DNA from: Gemmatimonadota bacterium
Lineage (GTDB): Bacteria > Latescibacterota > UBA2968 > UBA8231
NCBI GenBank assembly: GCA_038128265.1
Contig: JAYPJE010000016.1
Coordinates: 1 to 64,000 of the forward strand
Length of the DNA stretch: 64,000 nt
Direction of reading: 5' to 3'
In this document: positions 1 to 11,089 of the stretch, piece by piece
How positions within the stretch are numbered: position 1 is the stretch's first letter
How the letters are laid out: every line of letters begins with the position of its first letter
Made by a program: the position numbers and the translations under genes
The notes under the pieces: generated by a model
Database searches by the model: none
What the model was told of the DNA's origin: nothing
What the model saw: the letters and a program-made list of their open reading frames with translations, nothing else

Positions 1-848
1 GCCGCATTTTCCTTGACCTGCTTGATATTCTTCATCGCCGACACGGCGCCGGCAATGCGCTCGTCGGCCCACACGGCCTTGAGCGCGGCCTGGTGCGGAT
101 TAAAGCCCTTGGCTTTGAATTTGTCGACGCTGTCGGCAAACGAAACGGCCCCGCCCTGCGTCTTCATCGCAATCAGCCCTATATTCGCCTTGTGCATCTT
201 ATCGATGGCCTTGTTGAGCGCCGCGTTGTCGTAGTCGCGAAAGTTGTACTTGAACATGACCGCATCGACAAAGCCCACTTCGGCCGCCCGCTCCAGCGTT
301 GCCACCATATTGCCATGATGCGAAGAAAAGCCGAAAAAGCGAATCTTGCCCGATTTCTTAAGGCTTTCCGCCGTCTTCATCATCTCGTCGTCAAGGCGAT
401 CGGGATTGCCCAGATTGTGCAAGAAGTAAAGGTCGACAGAGTCCATGCGCAGGCTCTCGAGGGAACCGTCGAGGTTGGATACAAACGACTCCGGGTCGTG
501 GTCCGTGCTCTTGGTAACGATAAAGCACTCGTCGCGCCGGCCGCTCTTTTGCAGAATCGTGCCAACCATCTTTTCACTCTTGCCGCCGACGTAGCTCTGG
601 GCCGTATCGATATAGCTGATTCCTTCGGCCAGCGCCGCGTTGAGCAAGGGCGGCGTAACGGGCAGGGCCGTCCCCATGGTCAGAATGGGTATCTCGACGC
701 CCGTTTTACCCAAAACGCGCTTGGGCATCGGCTTGTCTTCCGCCGCTTCCGCTCTGCCGACGGCCGAGGCCAGCACAGCTCCTGCTCCTATCGCACCGCT
801 CGCGGCAATAAATTCGCGCCGCGTCAACTTTTTATCCTTGTCGCGCAT
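1..848 (-). CDS. Tat-signal aldo/keto reductase (partial, 3' end runs off the window)
   Basis: Not in the ORF track. Manual translation from ATG at 848 gives MRDKDKKLTRREFIAASGAIGAG (twin-Arg) ... MPKRVLGKTG ... YIDTAQSY ... IVTK ... SLESLRMDSVDLYFLH, which are AKR motifs. GGGAGA RBS upstream. Confidence 0.85.
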   Translation of the reverse strand, partial: MRDKDKKLTRREFIAASGAIGAGAVLASAVGRAEAAEDKPMPKRVLGKTGVEIPILTMGTALPVTPPLLNAALAEGISYIDTAQSYVGGKSEKMVGTILQKSGRRDECFIVTKSTDHDPESFVSNLDGSLESLRMDSVDLYFLHNLGNPDRLDDEMMKTAESLKKSGKIRFFGFSSHHGNMVATLERAAEVGFVDAVMFKYNFRDYDNAALNKAIDKMHKANIGLIAMKTQGGAVSFADSVDKFKAKGFNPHQAALKAVWADERIAGAVSAMKNIKQVKENA

Positions 849-862
849 GCTCTTTCTCCCCA

Positions 863-2488
863 TTAGGCGTTTTTACTCAAATCGATTTGTAGCAGTCCGC
901 TGCTGTCCTTCTTACCACTGCTGCAGCCGCATCCGCCGCCGGTATGGCCACCACCACCACAGCAGCCCTCCTTGCCGCTGGCCATACCTAGCAACAGCGA
1001 GCGCTCCTTCGAACGCGTTTCGCCGACGGCCGTCACGCGAATGGCGCGATGGTCCTGCACCGGGCACTCGTGCTCACAGATACCGCAGCCGATGCACACT
1101 TCTGGGTCGACATAGGGGCGCGTCAGCACCACTTTTTCGCCCCAGCGGTTGGTAATTTCCACCTCGCGCGAGTAGATCGCCTTGGGCGAGGTCGGGCACA
1201 CTTCTTCGCAGACGACGCAGGGCGTATCCATAGCCCACGGCAGGCAGCGACCGCGATCGTAAAAAGCCGTGCCCGTCTTGACCGGCCCCATATCGGTGAA
1301 CTGACCGATGCCCAACTTTTGCTCGATAGAAATCTTCTGGATGGCCCCAGTCGGACAGACCTCGCCGCACAGCGTGCAGTTTAGCTCGCAGTAGCCCGTG
1401 CGCATGTTCATAATCGGCGTCCAGATGCCTTCTAAACCGCCCTCCAGCATAGCCGGCTGCAGGACGTTGCTCGGACATACGCGTATGCACTGGTCGCACT
1501 TAATACAGCGCTCGAGAAACTCGTTTTCGGCCACCGAACCGGGTGGGCGCACGACCTCTTTTTTAAAGAGCTCGTCAACGTCGCCGCTGCGCCGCGAAAA
1601 GGGAAAGCTCAGTGCGCCGATCAGGCCGGCCATCACCGCGCGACGGCCGTTGATCTGCGGCCCGGTCACTTCGCCCCGTATATCGGGCATAAAGTCAAAA
1701 GAAAGCGCATCGTGCGGACAGTCGTCGATGCAGTTGAAACACACAAAGCACTCCGACTTGCGCAGATTTGTATGCGGATCGGATGCCCCTTCGCAGCGCT
1801 GCAGGCACAGGTCGCAGTCGACGCACTTGACCGTATCGCGGTGGATGCGCCACAGCGAAAAGCGCGATAGCAGACCCAGCGTCGCGCCGAGCGGGCAGAG
1901 CACGCGGCAGAAAAAGCGCGGTATGACGAGGTTCATACCGACGAGAAAGAACAGCAGAAATCCGACGACCCAGCCCAGCTGATGCACGTGCGGGCGCACG
2001 TAAAACCACTCGGTCGGCATATCCAGCGCCGGCAGCACCGCCACGGTAAAGGAACGGAAGAGCAAGCAAATGGGGTCGAGCAGACCGATTTGCAGCGAGC
2101 CAAACAGCGCGGCGCCCCCCATGCCAATCAGGATATAGTACTTGAGCGCAAAGACCTTGCGATAGCGATTGCTCTCGATGTTTTCGGTAATCGTGCGGCG
2201 ATTAAAGAGCCAGCCCGTGAACTGGTGCAGAATGCCGTACGGGCAAATCCAGTTGCAGAAAAAGCGCCCGAGAAAGAGCGTCGGTATCAGCAGGACCAGC
2301 GACCAGACGAGCCCCTGATACAGCGTGTGCGTAGTAATGGCCGTCGCAATGGCCACCAGGGGATCTACTTCGAGGAAAATCGATACCGGATAGCCTTTTA
2401 AGTAGCTGAACTGCGTCACAAAGCAGAAAAAGAGAAACAGCCCCATAAAGAAAATCTGAGTGATCAGGCGAACGATTGTTATGCGCAT
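863..2488 (-). CDS. Membrane polyferredoxin (NapH/MauN-like membrane domain fused to NapG/NapF-like 4Fe-4S domain)
   Basis: Several TM helices, FCNWICPYG and FCRVLCPLG motifs, multiple CxxCxxCxxxCP motifs, RPPG...FLERCIKC. Confidence 0.85.
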   Translation of the reverse strand: MRITIVRLITQIFFMGLFLFFCFVTQFSYLKGYPVSIFLEVDPLVAIATAITTHTLYQGLVWSLVLLIPTLFLGRFFCNWICPYGILHQFTGWLFNRRTITENIESNRYRKVFALKYYILIGMGGAALFGSLQIGLLDPICLLFRSFTVAVLPALDMPTEWFYVRPHVHQLGWVVGFLLFFLVGMNLVIPRFFCRVLCPLGATLGLLSRFSLWRIHRDTVKCVDCDLCLQRCEGASDPHTNLRKSECFVCFNCIDDCPHDALSFDFMPDIRGEVTGPQINGRRAVMAGLIGALSFPFSRRSGDVDELFKKEVVRPPGSVAENEFLERCIKCDQCIRVCPSNVLQPAMLEGGLEGIWTPIMNMRTGYCELNCTLCGEVCPTGAIQKISIEQKLGIGQFTDMGPVKTGTAFYDRGRCLPWAMDTPCVVCEEVCPTSPKAIYSREVEITNRWGEKVVLTRPYVDPEVCIGCGICEHECPVQDHRAIRVTAVGETRSKERSLLLGMASGKEGCCGGGGHTGGGCGCSSGKKDSSGLLQIDLSKNA

Positions 2489-2497
2489 AATAGGCTC

Positions 2498-3478
2498 CTA
2501 TCCGACCTGTATTTCACGCCAGTTGAGGCGCTTCCAATCCGTCGTGCCCAATCCGCGCTCAGCCGCCTTGTGCAAGTACTGCAAATTAGCCGCATCGCGA
2601 CCCAGCAGCGAGTAGCCATACGTATCGACGGCGACCATATCCGTGCCGACAACCAGCGTATCGCCAACGGCCACGTCGCTCAGACTGCCGCCGGTCGGCC
2701 CGTTGCGCATCAGCACGCGCGTCGCATCGAGCAGTACCAGCGTCGGCTTGACCATGTGCGGAAAATCGGAGACGATGCCGTGGATGGCCTGGTGAAACTG
2801 GTTGCGGCGACCGCCCAGCATGCCGTACCAGTTTTTCATCGTCATGGAGCCGGAGCACAGGTTGTGATCCTTACACGGAGCAATGCCAATCACTTTGTCA
2901 GCAGCCGCGAAAGGCTCGTAAAACGTCGTCCACGTGCCAAGCACTTCGCCGTCGATTTTAACCTCTTCAAAAGACGAATTCTTGGGCAGCATGAGTTCGG
3001 CACCGATCTCGTCGGCAGCGGCCTTGATACCCGACTTAAAAAAGCATCCTTCGGGCTGGTTGATTGGATTGTCGGCCACGATAATTTTTCGGGCACCGGC
3101 GTCGCGACACAGGGCCGCAACGGCTTTGAGCACACCCGGACTCGTCGTCGCGCCGAGCAGCGGCGCACGGTCAAAGGCGACGTTGGGCTTGAGCAGCACC
3201 GAATCGCCCTTGCTAATAAAACGCTCAATGCCGCCCATCTCTCCTATGGCAGCGCGCACCATGGCCTCGGCGTCGGTGCCGTGGGCAATGGCCATAGACA
3301 CGGCGCTGGCACCGCGGTCCACGGCAAAAGAAGGCAGCACCTTCGCAGCGGCAATCTGCGCATCGCGAAAGTACTGCCCACCGCCGCGCGGATCGTAGAG
3401 CAGCCCGGCGCCCAAACCCGAACCGGCAACGGCCAGTCCCGTCAGCCCCGCTCGGCGTAGAAAATCGCGTCGTTCCAT
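2498..3478 (-). CDS. DUF362 domain protein with Tat signal
   Basis: Likely start MERRDFLRR (ATG 3478); motifs VLLKPN, TTSPGV, KDH, MKNWYG, VAVD. Confidence 0.8.
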   Translation of the reverse strand: MERRDFLRRAGLTGLAVAGSGLGAGLLYDPRGGGQYFRDAQIAAAKVLPSFAVDRGASAVSMAIAHGTDAEAMVRAAIGEMGGIERFISKGDSVLLKPNVAFDRAPLLGATTSPGVLKAVAALCRDAGARKIIVADNPINQPEGCFFKSGIKAAADEIGAELMLPKNSSFEEVKIDGEVLGTWTTFYEPFAAADKVIGIAPCKDHNLCSGSMTMKNWYGMLGGRRNQFHQAIHGIVSDFPHMVKPTLVLLDATRVLMRNGPTGGSLSDVAVGDTLVVGTDMVAVDTYGYSLLGRDAANLQYLHKAAERGLGTTDWKRLNWREIQVG

Positions 3479-3578
3479 GGTCTCGTGCCGTTCGTTAATG
3501 AGTAAGCGCACACAGCCGGTCGACAAACCACCTGCGCACGAACAAAAGCGTATTCATCGAGTCGTCAATTCACTTTTT

Positions 3579-4640
3579 CTACTGCGCAACCGCGCGCAGC
3601 AAATCGTCGGCACCGCGCTCTGCCACTGTGCGCCCTTCAGCCAGATTGACCCCGGCAAAAAGGGTCCCGCGCTGGAAAATCACATCGTAAAAACCGCCAA
3701 AGTCACCCGTAAAAACCTGCGTGCCGTCCACCGTGCGGGGCGCGGCGACTTCACCGTAGTCACGGAGATAGGCCAAATATTGTTCCATGGTCGCCGCGGC
3801 CGCCTCCGGCGTGTCGTGCAGCGCGACAAACGACGTCCATTCACCGTCCGCGCTGCGATACTTGGCCGTATAGGTCTCACTGAGAAAGTCGAGGCTGAGT
3901 GCATCGCGCTTGAAATACTGGACGAAAAGCCTGTCTTCGCGCGGAAGATTTTCCAATCCCCACACGCTACCTTCGCGACCGGGCAGTCGCTCGACCAGCG
4001 TGCGCGCGATATTTTCGCTAGCCGCGCGCATCTCTTCTCCTACATCGGAGGCTATGATCTGCCCGTAATAGGTGCCCTTCCAAAAAAAGTAGCTACTCTC
4101 AGCTCGATAGCCCTGATCGCCCAGTGCCTGCAGTTCGGCATCTTCCGGACGTTCAACAGCATAGATGCCGAAGGCGTTGTCCACCGCCGCCATGTCGTAG
4201 ACGAATACGTCGATAAACTGGCCATCGCCGCCGGCCAGACCGACAAAATCCATGCCAGCGACATCGTAGGCCACATACTGTTCAGCGCGGCCGTTAATTT
4301 TCTCGTAGAGCGTCTCGGCAGTAAACGATTCGACGGCGCCCAGATCGCGCCAGCCGTCGGGCGCCAGACCGCGCAGCGGCGCGGATTCCACCGCCGCGGC
4401 CGAACCGACAACGCGCCCCTCACCGCTCTCCTCGACCAGCTTGATCTGTTGTCGGACGGGTGCCTGCTCTGACAGCAAGCTCTGATCGAGCGCAAAGAGA
4501 TTGGGGTCGTAGTGCTGCCCCTTTATATAGGTGCCGACGCCGAGGGCGGCGACCAGCAGCAGCAGCAGGGCACCAATACTCGTCTCCATAGCGGAGATTT
4601 CCGTGCGCTCAAAAGCGCGTTTACCAACGCCACCAAACAT
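3579..4640 (-). CDS. DUF6599-like membrane-anchored periplasmic protein
   Basis: N-terminal TM helix; LYEKINGRAEQY, VYDM...NAFGIY and FWKGTYY motifs; co-located with DUF362. Confidence 0.6.
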   Translation of the reverse strand: MFGGVGKRAFERTEISAMETSIGALLLLLVAALGVGTYIKGQHYDPNLFALDQSLLSEQAPVRQQIKLVEESGEGRVVGSAAAVESAPLRGLAPDGWRDLGAVESFTAETLYEKINGRAEQYVAYDVAGMDFVGLAGGDGQFIDVFVYDMAAVDNAFGIYAVERPEDAELQALGDQGYRAESSYFFWKGTYYGQIIASDVGEEMRAASENIARTLVERLPGREGSVWGLENLPREDRLFVQYFKRDALSLDFLSETYTAKYRSADGEWTSFVALHDTPEAAAATMEQYLAYLRDYGEVAAPRTVDGTQVFTGDFGGFYDVIFQRGTLFAGVNLAEGRTVAERGADDLLRAVAQ

Positions 4641-4679
4641 GGTTCTTGCTTTCCTGTAAAAGTTGCTTCCCGCTCTGCT

Positions 4680-5564
4680 TCAGCGGATTAGCGTGCGCGG
4701 CCGCTCGACCAAATTGCGCAGATAGTCGCAGTAGGCATTGCCTTTGGCCATGCCGGCGATTGCCAGCAGCTGCTCCGCTCCGATGTAGTTTTTCATATAG
4801 GCGATTTCTTCGATACAGCCCACCTTTAAACCCTGCCGATGCTCTATGGTCTGCACGAAGTTGCTCGCCTCCAACAGGCTTTCGTGGGTGCCCGTATCCA
4901 GCCAGGCAAAACCGCGCCCCAGCACTTCGACACCCAGCTTGTCGCGCGACAGATAGACCTTGTTCAGATCGGTAATCTCCAGCTCTCCGCGCGCCGACGG
5001 CTTTAGACTGCGCGCGATATCGACGGCCTCTCCATCGTAAAAATACAGGCCGATCACCGCGTAATTGGATCGCGGATTCTGTGGCTTTTCCTCGATGCCA
5101 ACCGCTCTCTTATCGGCGTCAAACTCGACGACGCCGTAGCGTTCTGGATCCTGGACGTAATAGGCGAAGACCATACCGCCCTCTTCTATTTGGCCGGCGC
5201 GCTGCAGCATATTCGATAGCCCATGGCCATATAGAAAATTGTCGCCGAGGATCAGCGCGCTCGGCTCGTTGCCAACAAAATCAGCGCCGATGGTATAGGA
5301 CTGTGCGAGCCCTTCGGGGCGCGGCTGCACGGCGTATTGAATGTCCATGCCAAGCCGCGAACCATCGCCGAGCAGCTGGCGGTACAGATCGATGTGCTCG
5401 GGCGAAGAAATAATGAGCACTTCGCGAATATCGGCCAGCATAAGCACTGACAGGGGATAGTAAATCATCGGCTTGTCAAAAACGGGCAAAATTTGCTTTG
5501 ACAGCGATACGGTCAGTGGATAGAGCCGCGTTCCCTGACCTCCCGCCAGTATAATACCTCTCAT
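4680..5564 (-). CDS. rfbA: Glucose-1-phosphate thymidylyltransferase
   Basis: GIILAGGQGTRLYPLT, SKQILPVFDKPMIYYPLS, RGELEITD, GRGFAWLDTGT. Confidence 0.96.
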   Translation of the reverse strand: MRGIILAGGQGTRLYPLTVSLSKQILPVFDKPMIYYPLSVLMLADIREVLIISSPEHIDLYRQLLGDGSRLGMDIQYAVQPRPEGLAQSYTIGADFVGNEPSALILGDNFLYGHGLSNMLQRAGQIEEGGMVFAYYVQDPERYGVVEFDADKRAVGIEEKPQNPRSNYAVIGLYFYDGEAVDIARSLKPSARGELEITDLNKVYLSRDKLGVEVLGRGFAWLDTGTHESLLEASNFVQTIEHRQGLKVGCIEEIAYMKNYIGAEQLLAIAGMAKGNAYCDYLRNLVERPRTLIR

Positions 5565-5700
5565 AGAGCTTCCTTAAGCGAGTCTCCAGTAAATACATTT
5601 GATGCGCACTGCAACGCCCATAGACATACCGCCAGCGCGCCGTACATTCTATGTAAATATGGAGTATAACTCAATTGGCAACCACCCCAAAAGGAGTGCA

Positions 5701-6225
5701 ATGAAGATCGTTCTCGTCGGCTACCGGGCGGCCGGCAAATCTACGTTGGGAAAAATGATTTCTGAGAAATTGGCCATGCCATACCTAGATATCGACCGCG
5801 GTATAGAGGAGCGCATCGGCGAGCAAACGCTAACGGAGTTTTACGGACAAGTAGGCGAGGACGGATTCCGCCCCATTGAGACGGACGTCGTAGTCGAAAT
5901 GTGCCGCTCTGAACGCGCTGTTATCGCCTTTGGAGCAGGCTCCTTGATGCGCGAACGCAATCAGCAAGCGGCCAAACACAACGCCCTCATCGTCTATTTA
6001 CAGGTGCCGGTTGACGAACTGTGGCGGCGCATCTGCTCCGATCCCAATAGCGGCCACACCCGCCCCAACTTGGCCGGCGGCGGCGCGCAGGAAGTGGAAC
6101 ACATGCTTGCCCTGCGCGAACCCACCTACATCGCCTGCGCCCACCTAGTGCTCGATGGGACACAAGCACCCGAGGTGTTGCTGCAACGCGTAGTCGATTC
6201 GTACAAAGCGGCAGGCGGCGCGTAG
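5701..6225 (+). CDS. aroK: Shikimate kinase
   Basis: Start MKIVLVGYRAAGKSTLG after AGGAG RBS; Walker A, DID, GEDGFR, RP lid motif. Confidence 0.85.
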   Translation: MKIVLVGYRAAGKSTLGKMISEKLAMPYLDIDRGIEERIGEQTLTEFYGQVGEDGFRPIETDVVVEMCRSERAVIAFGAGSLMRERNQQAAKHNALIVYLQVPVDELWRRICSDPNSGHTRPNLAGGGAQEVEHMLALREPTYIACAHLVLDGTQAPEVLLQRVVDSYKAAGGA

Positions 6226-6237
6226 GGCGCCGCTCGC

Positions 6238-7125
6238 CTAGCCCGCATAGGCAACCGAAGCGACGCCGCGGCTCTGTGGATCCATCTTGACTAGTGAGCC
6301 GGCCAGCGGCTGCTCTGCCAGCGCTTTTTCGTCCAGCTGCTGGCAAGCTGAGGTGACGTACAATTCTTCCATATTTTCGCCACCAAAAGCACAGGACGTG
6401 ACGTTGGAAAAGGGCATGGCAAATTCGGCCATCAGCTTTCCACTGAACGGATCGTAGCGCTTGACGGACCAGCCGCCGTAGACGGCGATCCACAGCGTGC
6501 CTTCTGCGTCGATAGCCATGCCGTCAAAAATGCCGGCGCCCTCGTTTTCGCATGCGATGCGCTCGTTGTCGATGGCCCCCGTCTCTACGTCGTAGTCATA
6601 GGCCCGCACGTTGTTGAGCGGCGAGTCAATGTAGTACATGGTGCGCCCGTCGGCAGACCAGACAATTCCATTGGAAATAGACACCGGCGCCAGGCGCCTG
6701 TGCACGCTGTGGTCGACGTCCAGACAGTAGAGCGCCCCAGCATTTTGGGCGCCCCTGAATTCCATAGTCCCAGCCCACAGCCTGCCAACCGGATCGCACT
6801 TGCCATCGTTGAAGCGGTTGGTCGGCACGCCGCGCTCTGGATCGTCGCCAACCGGCGTCATTTTCTCGCTGTCTAGGTCGATGTGAGCAAAACCGTTGTG
6901 GAGGGCCACTATCAGCCCTCCACTCTGGCGCGGAACCACTGTGCCGACCGCCTGACAGGTATGCAACGTGCGATTGGCACCGCTAAATGGGTCGTATATA
7001 TAGACTTCGCAGCCTAAAATATCCACCCAGTAGAGCACCTTTCTATCGCTATCCCACAGCGCCCCCTCGCCCACTACAGTGCGATTTTCTACGACCAGCT
7101 GAACGTCAACATGCTCTACGGCCAT
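6238..7125 (-). CDS. SMP-30/gluconolactonase/LRE family protein
   Basis: GEGALWD, NRFNDGKCDPVGRLWAGTM, SNG, DGMAID, TSCAFGG. Confidence 0.93.
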   Translation of the reverse strand: MAVEHVDVQLVVENRTVVGEGALWDSDRKVLYWVDILGCEVYIYDPFSGANRTLHTCQAVGTVVPRQSGGLIVALHNGFAHIDLDSEKMTPVGDDPERGVPTNRFNDGKCDPVGRLWAGTMEFRGAQNAGALYCLDVDHSVHRRLAPVSISNGIVWSADGRTMYYIDSPLNNVRAYDYDVETGAIDNERIACENEGAGIFDGMAIDAEGTLWIAVYGGWSVKRYDPFSGKLMAEFAMPFSNVTSCAFGGENMEELYVTSACQQLDEKALAEQPLAGSLVKMDPQSRGVASVAYAG

Positions 7126-7162
7126 CGCGCAAATCTCCGCATTCGGATGCTATACAATCACG

Positions 7163-9841
7163 TTAGCGAACTAGTCTGTTGACTTCGGCTAGCAGAATCG
7201 CCGAACGGACCGGCTTCATCACCAGTGCATCCACGTCAATCGCCGCCCCTGAAGCGTTCGCTTGGCCCTTTCTATCGGGCATTTTTAAGCCCAGGATGGG
7301 CATGTGGATATTTTGACGCCCCATCGCGTCTCGCAGCGAAGACACCCGCTGTTCCCAATCGGGTATCTTCATATCCATATCGACCAGCGCAATATCAATA
7401 CCGTCCGCATCGTCCTCTGCCGGGGCCTTATCGCGCCCGGCCAAGACAACGGTCCAGCCGGCTTTGTCCAGCATGCCGCTCACCAGAACCTGCTGGAACG
7501 GATCGTCAGCAAGAAGCAGCGCGCGTCGCCCCGAACGGGCTCCATTCTCGTCCGCTCCAGAGACAGTCGCGTCGGGGTCTTGGTCGAGCCGGACAGTAAA
7601 GCTAAACGTACTGCCCTCGCCGACCTGGCTTTGCACATCCATACTACCACCCATCATTTTCACCAACTCGGCACAAATGCTCAGGCCCAACCCCGTGCCA
7701 CCAAACCGGCGGGTCGTCGAAGCGTCCTCCTGCTGGAAGGCGCCAAAGATGGATTGCAGTTTATCTTTGGCAATACCGATGCCCGTGTCGCGCACCGATA
7801 CATCAACTACGACGCTGGTGCCTTCGAGATGGCTACCAATCGCGAGCTCAACCCAGCCGCTTTCTGTAAATTTTGCGGCGTTGCCAAGCAGGTTGACCAC
7901 GACCTGACGCAGGCGGACCGGATCTCCAAGCACGCGCGTTTCGGAAACTTCCAGCGCATCATAGCGCAGCTCGACTTTGCCGCTTACAAAGCGACTTTCC
8001 ATCAGCTTTACAATGGAGTCGCATTCCTCGCGCAGATCAAAGCCGATTCGCTCCAGATCGAGCTTACCCGCCTCAATTTTAGACAAGTCGAGAATGTCGT
8101 TGAGAATGCTCATCAGCTGTTTACCCGCCACTTGCACGATGCCTAGTGACTCGCGCTGATCGACGTTCAACGGCGAATCGAGCACCAGCTCCGTCATGCC
8201 GAGAATGGCATTCATCGGCGTGCGTATTTCGTGGCTCATATTAGCCAAGAATTCGCTTTTAGCCCGGTTGGCGCCATCAGCTACAGCACGCGCCTCTTCT
8301 GCCTGTTTTAACGCATCGCGCATTTGCTCTTCGGCATGGTCGCGTTTAGACAAATCCATCAGGCGCAAACTGGCCACGGAAATCTGGCTGCACAGGTCTA
8401 CCATAACCTCTATCAACGACGTATTGCAGCCCAGGTCGGAACGCAAGCCAGCAGCTAGTGACCCCTGCACAAAGGGCACATCAATAACCAGTGAGGGTTT
8501 GTACTCCTTACCCAACCCTCCATAATGCCTGGACTCTACGCTGCGCTCCCACACTTCATTGCGCTTCCAGTGATGAATTAGTGTGGGTAACTCGTCCGCC
8601 GTAATACGTACTTCCCTAAATATCACCCGTTCATTGAGATAATTATACGAGCGCACGACTCCGTTTTGCTCATCAATTAGGTTTACACCCCAGGCTTGAA
8701 TGTCGACATCTAATTCGTGGAATCCTTCTCCAATCGCACTAACCACCGACTCAAAGTCTTCTACGCGTTCCATTTGCAGAATGGCGTTCTGAATGCGCAA
8801 TTTAACCGACTCTACGCGCATTTTAAGTTCGCGCAGCACGTTTTCTCGGTACCTAGGCAAATCAAACAGCTCCACCCACTGCTCCATCGCGGCTTGGTCC
8901 TCGATTGAGCAGTCGCCCGCTTCACTCGGATACATACTTACCGATCCCCCACCCTCTAGAGGAATTTCTATCAGGCAGCACGTATCTTCTATACCTGCCG
9001 CGTGCAGACGCTCCTTACCAACTACAACCGTACTACGAGATTGCCACACTTCGCCGATCCAAGGCCGGTCGGCTAGCGAATTGGCATGGTTCTCAACCAA
9101 GAAATTTTTCGCTATATGTGTCGCATCGACATAGTAGCCATCGCGCGTAGAGGGAAAGTGTACCTCCAGCTTGGCGATGCGCCAGCCGAGTCCCTGCATC
9201 GCACTAACGAGCTCTGTATCAATGATGCGCTGTTGTTCGGCGAGCGTGTTCGCTTCGATCATGAGTTTGCGAAGGCGACTCTGCTCTATTTGAGTTTGCA
9301 GTGCACGCTGCGACTGTTTCTGCGCATCGGCTAACTGCTGTTGAACTTCTAACAGCTCTACATAGCCCATCTCTCTCTCGACAACGTTGGCCAACTGGGT
9401 TAGGATGAGGTTGTCCTCTTCGCTAAACAGCCGTGGCTCGGTATCGATGATACATAGAGTTCCAACCAATTGCCCGTCGGGAGCTGCCAGCGGCCGCCCC
9501 GCATAGAAGCGGATATGCGGCTCTCCGGTCACCAGTGGGTTGTCGGAAAATCGGCTGTCCTCTAGCGCATTTTCGACGATAAATGTCGAGGGCCTGTGTA
9601 TGGCGTGTCCGCAGAAAGAGACGTCGCGAGAGGTTGATTCGGCATCCAACCCATAGCATGCTTTAAACCACTGCCGATCTACATCGACTAGGCTAACGAG
9701 TGCGATCGGTACGCGGAAGATGGCCCCAGCCAATCGCACGATGCTGTCAAAACGCTCCTCCGGCTGCGAATCGAGCAGGTCCAGCTTTCTCAACGAATCT
9801 ATTCGCAGCTCTTCGCCATCCGGCAACTCGGGTTTTAGCAT
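7163..9841 (-). CDS. Hybrid sensor histidine kinase (GAF, HisKA, HATPase, degenerate receiver)
   Basis: N-terminal GAF (SFCGHAI...RFYAGRPL), H-box [15 protein letters not shown]-box [11 protein letters not shown]-boxes DTGIGI and GGTGLGL. Confidence 0.92.
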   Translation of the reverse strand: MLKPELPDGEELRIDSLRKLDLLDSQPEERFDSIVRLAGAIFRVPIALVSLVDVDRQWFKACYGLDAESTSRDVSFCGHAIHRPSTFIVENALEDSRFSDNPLVTGEPHIRFYAGRPLAAPDGQLVGTLCIIDTEPRLFSEEDNLILTQLANVVEREMGYVELLEVQQQLADAQKQSQRALQTQIEQSRLRKLMIEANTLAEQQRIIDTELVSAMQGLGWRIAKLEVHFPSTRDGYYVDATHIAKNFLVENHANSLADRPWIGEVWQSRSTVVVGKERLHAAGIEDTCCLIEIPLEGGGSVSMYPSEAGDCSIEDQAAMEQWVELFDLPRYRENVLRELKMRVESVKLRIQNAILQMERVEDFESVVSAIGEGFHELDVDIQAWGVNLIDEQNGVVRSYNYLNERVIFREVRITADELPTLIHHWKRNEVWERSVESRHYGGLGKEYKPSLVIDVPFVQGSLAAGLRSDLGCNTSLIEVMVDLCSQISVASLRLMDLSKRDHAEEQMRDALKQAEEARAVADGANRAKSEFLANMSHEIRTPMNAILGMTELVLDSPLNVDQRESLGIVQVAGKQLMSILNDILDLSKIEAGKLDLERIGFDLREECDSIVKLMESRFVSGKVELRYDALEVSETRVLGDPVRLRQVVVNLLGNAAKFTESGWVELAIGSHLEGTSVVVDVSVRDTGIGIAKDKLQSIFGAFQQEDASTTRRFGGTGLGLSICAELVKMMGGSMDVQSQVGEGSTFSFTVRLDQDPDATVSGADENGARSGRRALLLADDPFQQVLVSGMLDKAGWTVVLAGRDKAPAEDDADGIDIALVDMDMKIPDWEQRVSSLRDAMGRQNIHMPILGLKMPDRKGQANASGAAIDVDALVMKPVRSAILLAEVNRLVR

Positions 9842-9987
9842 ATCATTACCATTTCATTGCATGTTAGCACATCTACAGCGCGGGGGCGATAACGCCCCAA
9901 ACGATCAATGTACACATCAAACAAAACCGCGCCATGTTTGTTGTTATGATGGGCGTGAGACCGCCAACTGCTCGGCGCGCATACATC

Positions 9988-11088
9988 CTAATAATCGGCA
10001 ACGGATCCGTCGCGCAGGCGGTTGTCCGGCCATTGAAATCGATTTTGTGGATCGCGGCCCGCGGCGATGGCCTTTTCCTCGTCTATTTCCACACCGATGC
10101 CCGGCCCCTCTGGCAGCGATACAAAGCCTTCGTCGTCCATCGTCCACGTCTTGTGGGCCACGCCGTCAACCATCTGATTGTCGTAGCCTTCGTGGATTAA
10201 AAAGAGCGGTATCGTCGCCGCCACGTGTAGACTAGCCGTCAACCCCAAGTACGACATGGTGCAGTGCGGGGCAATGGGGACGTGATGGGCTTCGCAGAGA
10301 GCGGCAATCTTGCGCATCTGGCTTATGCCGCCCGTGTGCCCAACGTCTGGCTGTAGAATATCGATGACCTGGGCTTCGAGCAACTCGCGCACTTCCCATA
10401 TCGTGCGGTCGCGCTCTCCGGTAGCCAGCGGCACGGACACGCTCTGGCGCACTTTGGCCATCGCCTCAATATTTCCCGGCACCCAAGCCTCTTCCAAGAA
10501 GAGCAGATCATCGGATTTGAGATAGCCGGCAAACTGCTTTACAAGCGGCAACGGCAGCATGCTGTGTGCATCGAACATAACCGCGCCGTCGCGCCCGACC
10601 TTTTCGCGCGCAGCGCGCACCCGACTGACTAGGTCCTCTACCTCAGCCGGCGTGCCGGCGTGGTACTGCGCCCCGCCGGGGCTCACTTTGATGGCCTTCG
10701 GGCTGGGATATTTCCAAATCTTATCGCGCACCGGCCCGCCTAGCAGGCGATATATAGGCACGCCATAGAGCTTGCCCGCAATGTCCCACAGCGCCATATC
10801 AATGCCCGAAATCACGTGCACCATCAATCCGCCACCGCGCAGGTTGCGATGGGCGCGGAACAGGCGCTGCCAGTGGTGCTCGATGCGCGTGGGATTCTCT
10901 CCGACGATCATTTCTCCGAGCGACTCGGCTAGGGCACAGGCGACGGCCGTATCCATATTGTTGATCTCGCCCCAGCCCGTAATGCCCATATTGGTCTGTA
11001 TCTTTACATAGCCTTTGCGGCCGGCGGGAATGGCGCGCAGCGACTGCACGCGGATTTGCGAACCCCTGTCGGCAACTGGATCCGTCAT
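9988..11088 (-). CDS. Mandelate racemase/enolase superfamily sugar-acid dehydratase (galactonate dehydratase-like)
   Basis: GITGWGE, SGIDMALWDIAGK, DAH, LEE, ATGER, QPD, APH. Confidence 0.88.
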   Translation of the reverse strand: MTDPVADRGSQIRVQSLRAIPAGRKGYVKIQTNMGITGWGEINNMDTAVACALAESLGEMIVGENPTRIEHHWQRLFRAHRNLRGGGLMVHVISGIDMALWDIAGKLYGVPIYRLLGGPVRDKIWKYPSPKAIKVSPGGAQYHAGTPAEVEDLVSRVRAAREKVGRDGAVMFDAHSMLPLPLVKQFAGYLKSDDLLFLEEAWVPGNIEAMAKVRQSVSVPLATGERDRTIWEVRELLEAQVIDILQPDVGHTGGISQMRKIAALCEAHHVPIAPHCTMSYLGLTASLHVAATIPLFLIHEGYDNQMVDGVAHKTWTMDDEGFVSLPEGPGIGVEIDEEKAIAAGRDPQNRFQWPDNRLRDGSVADY

Positions 11089-11089
11089 A

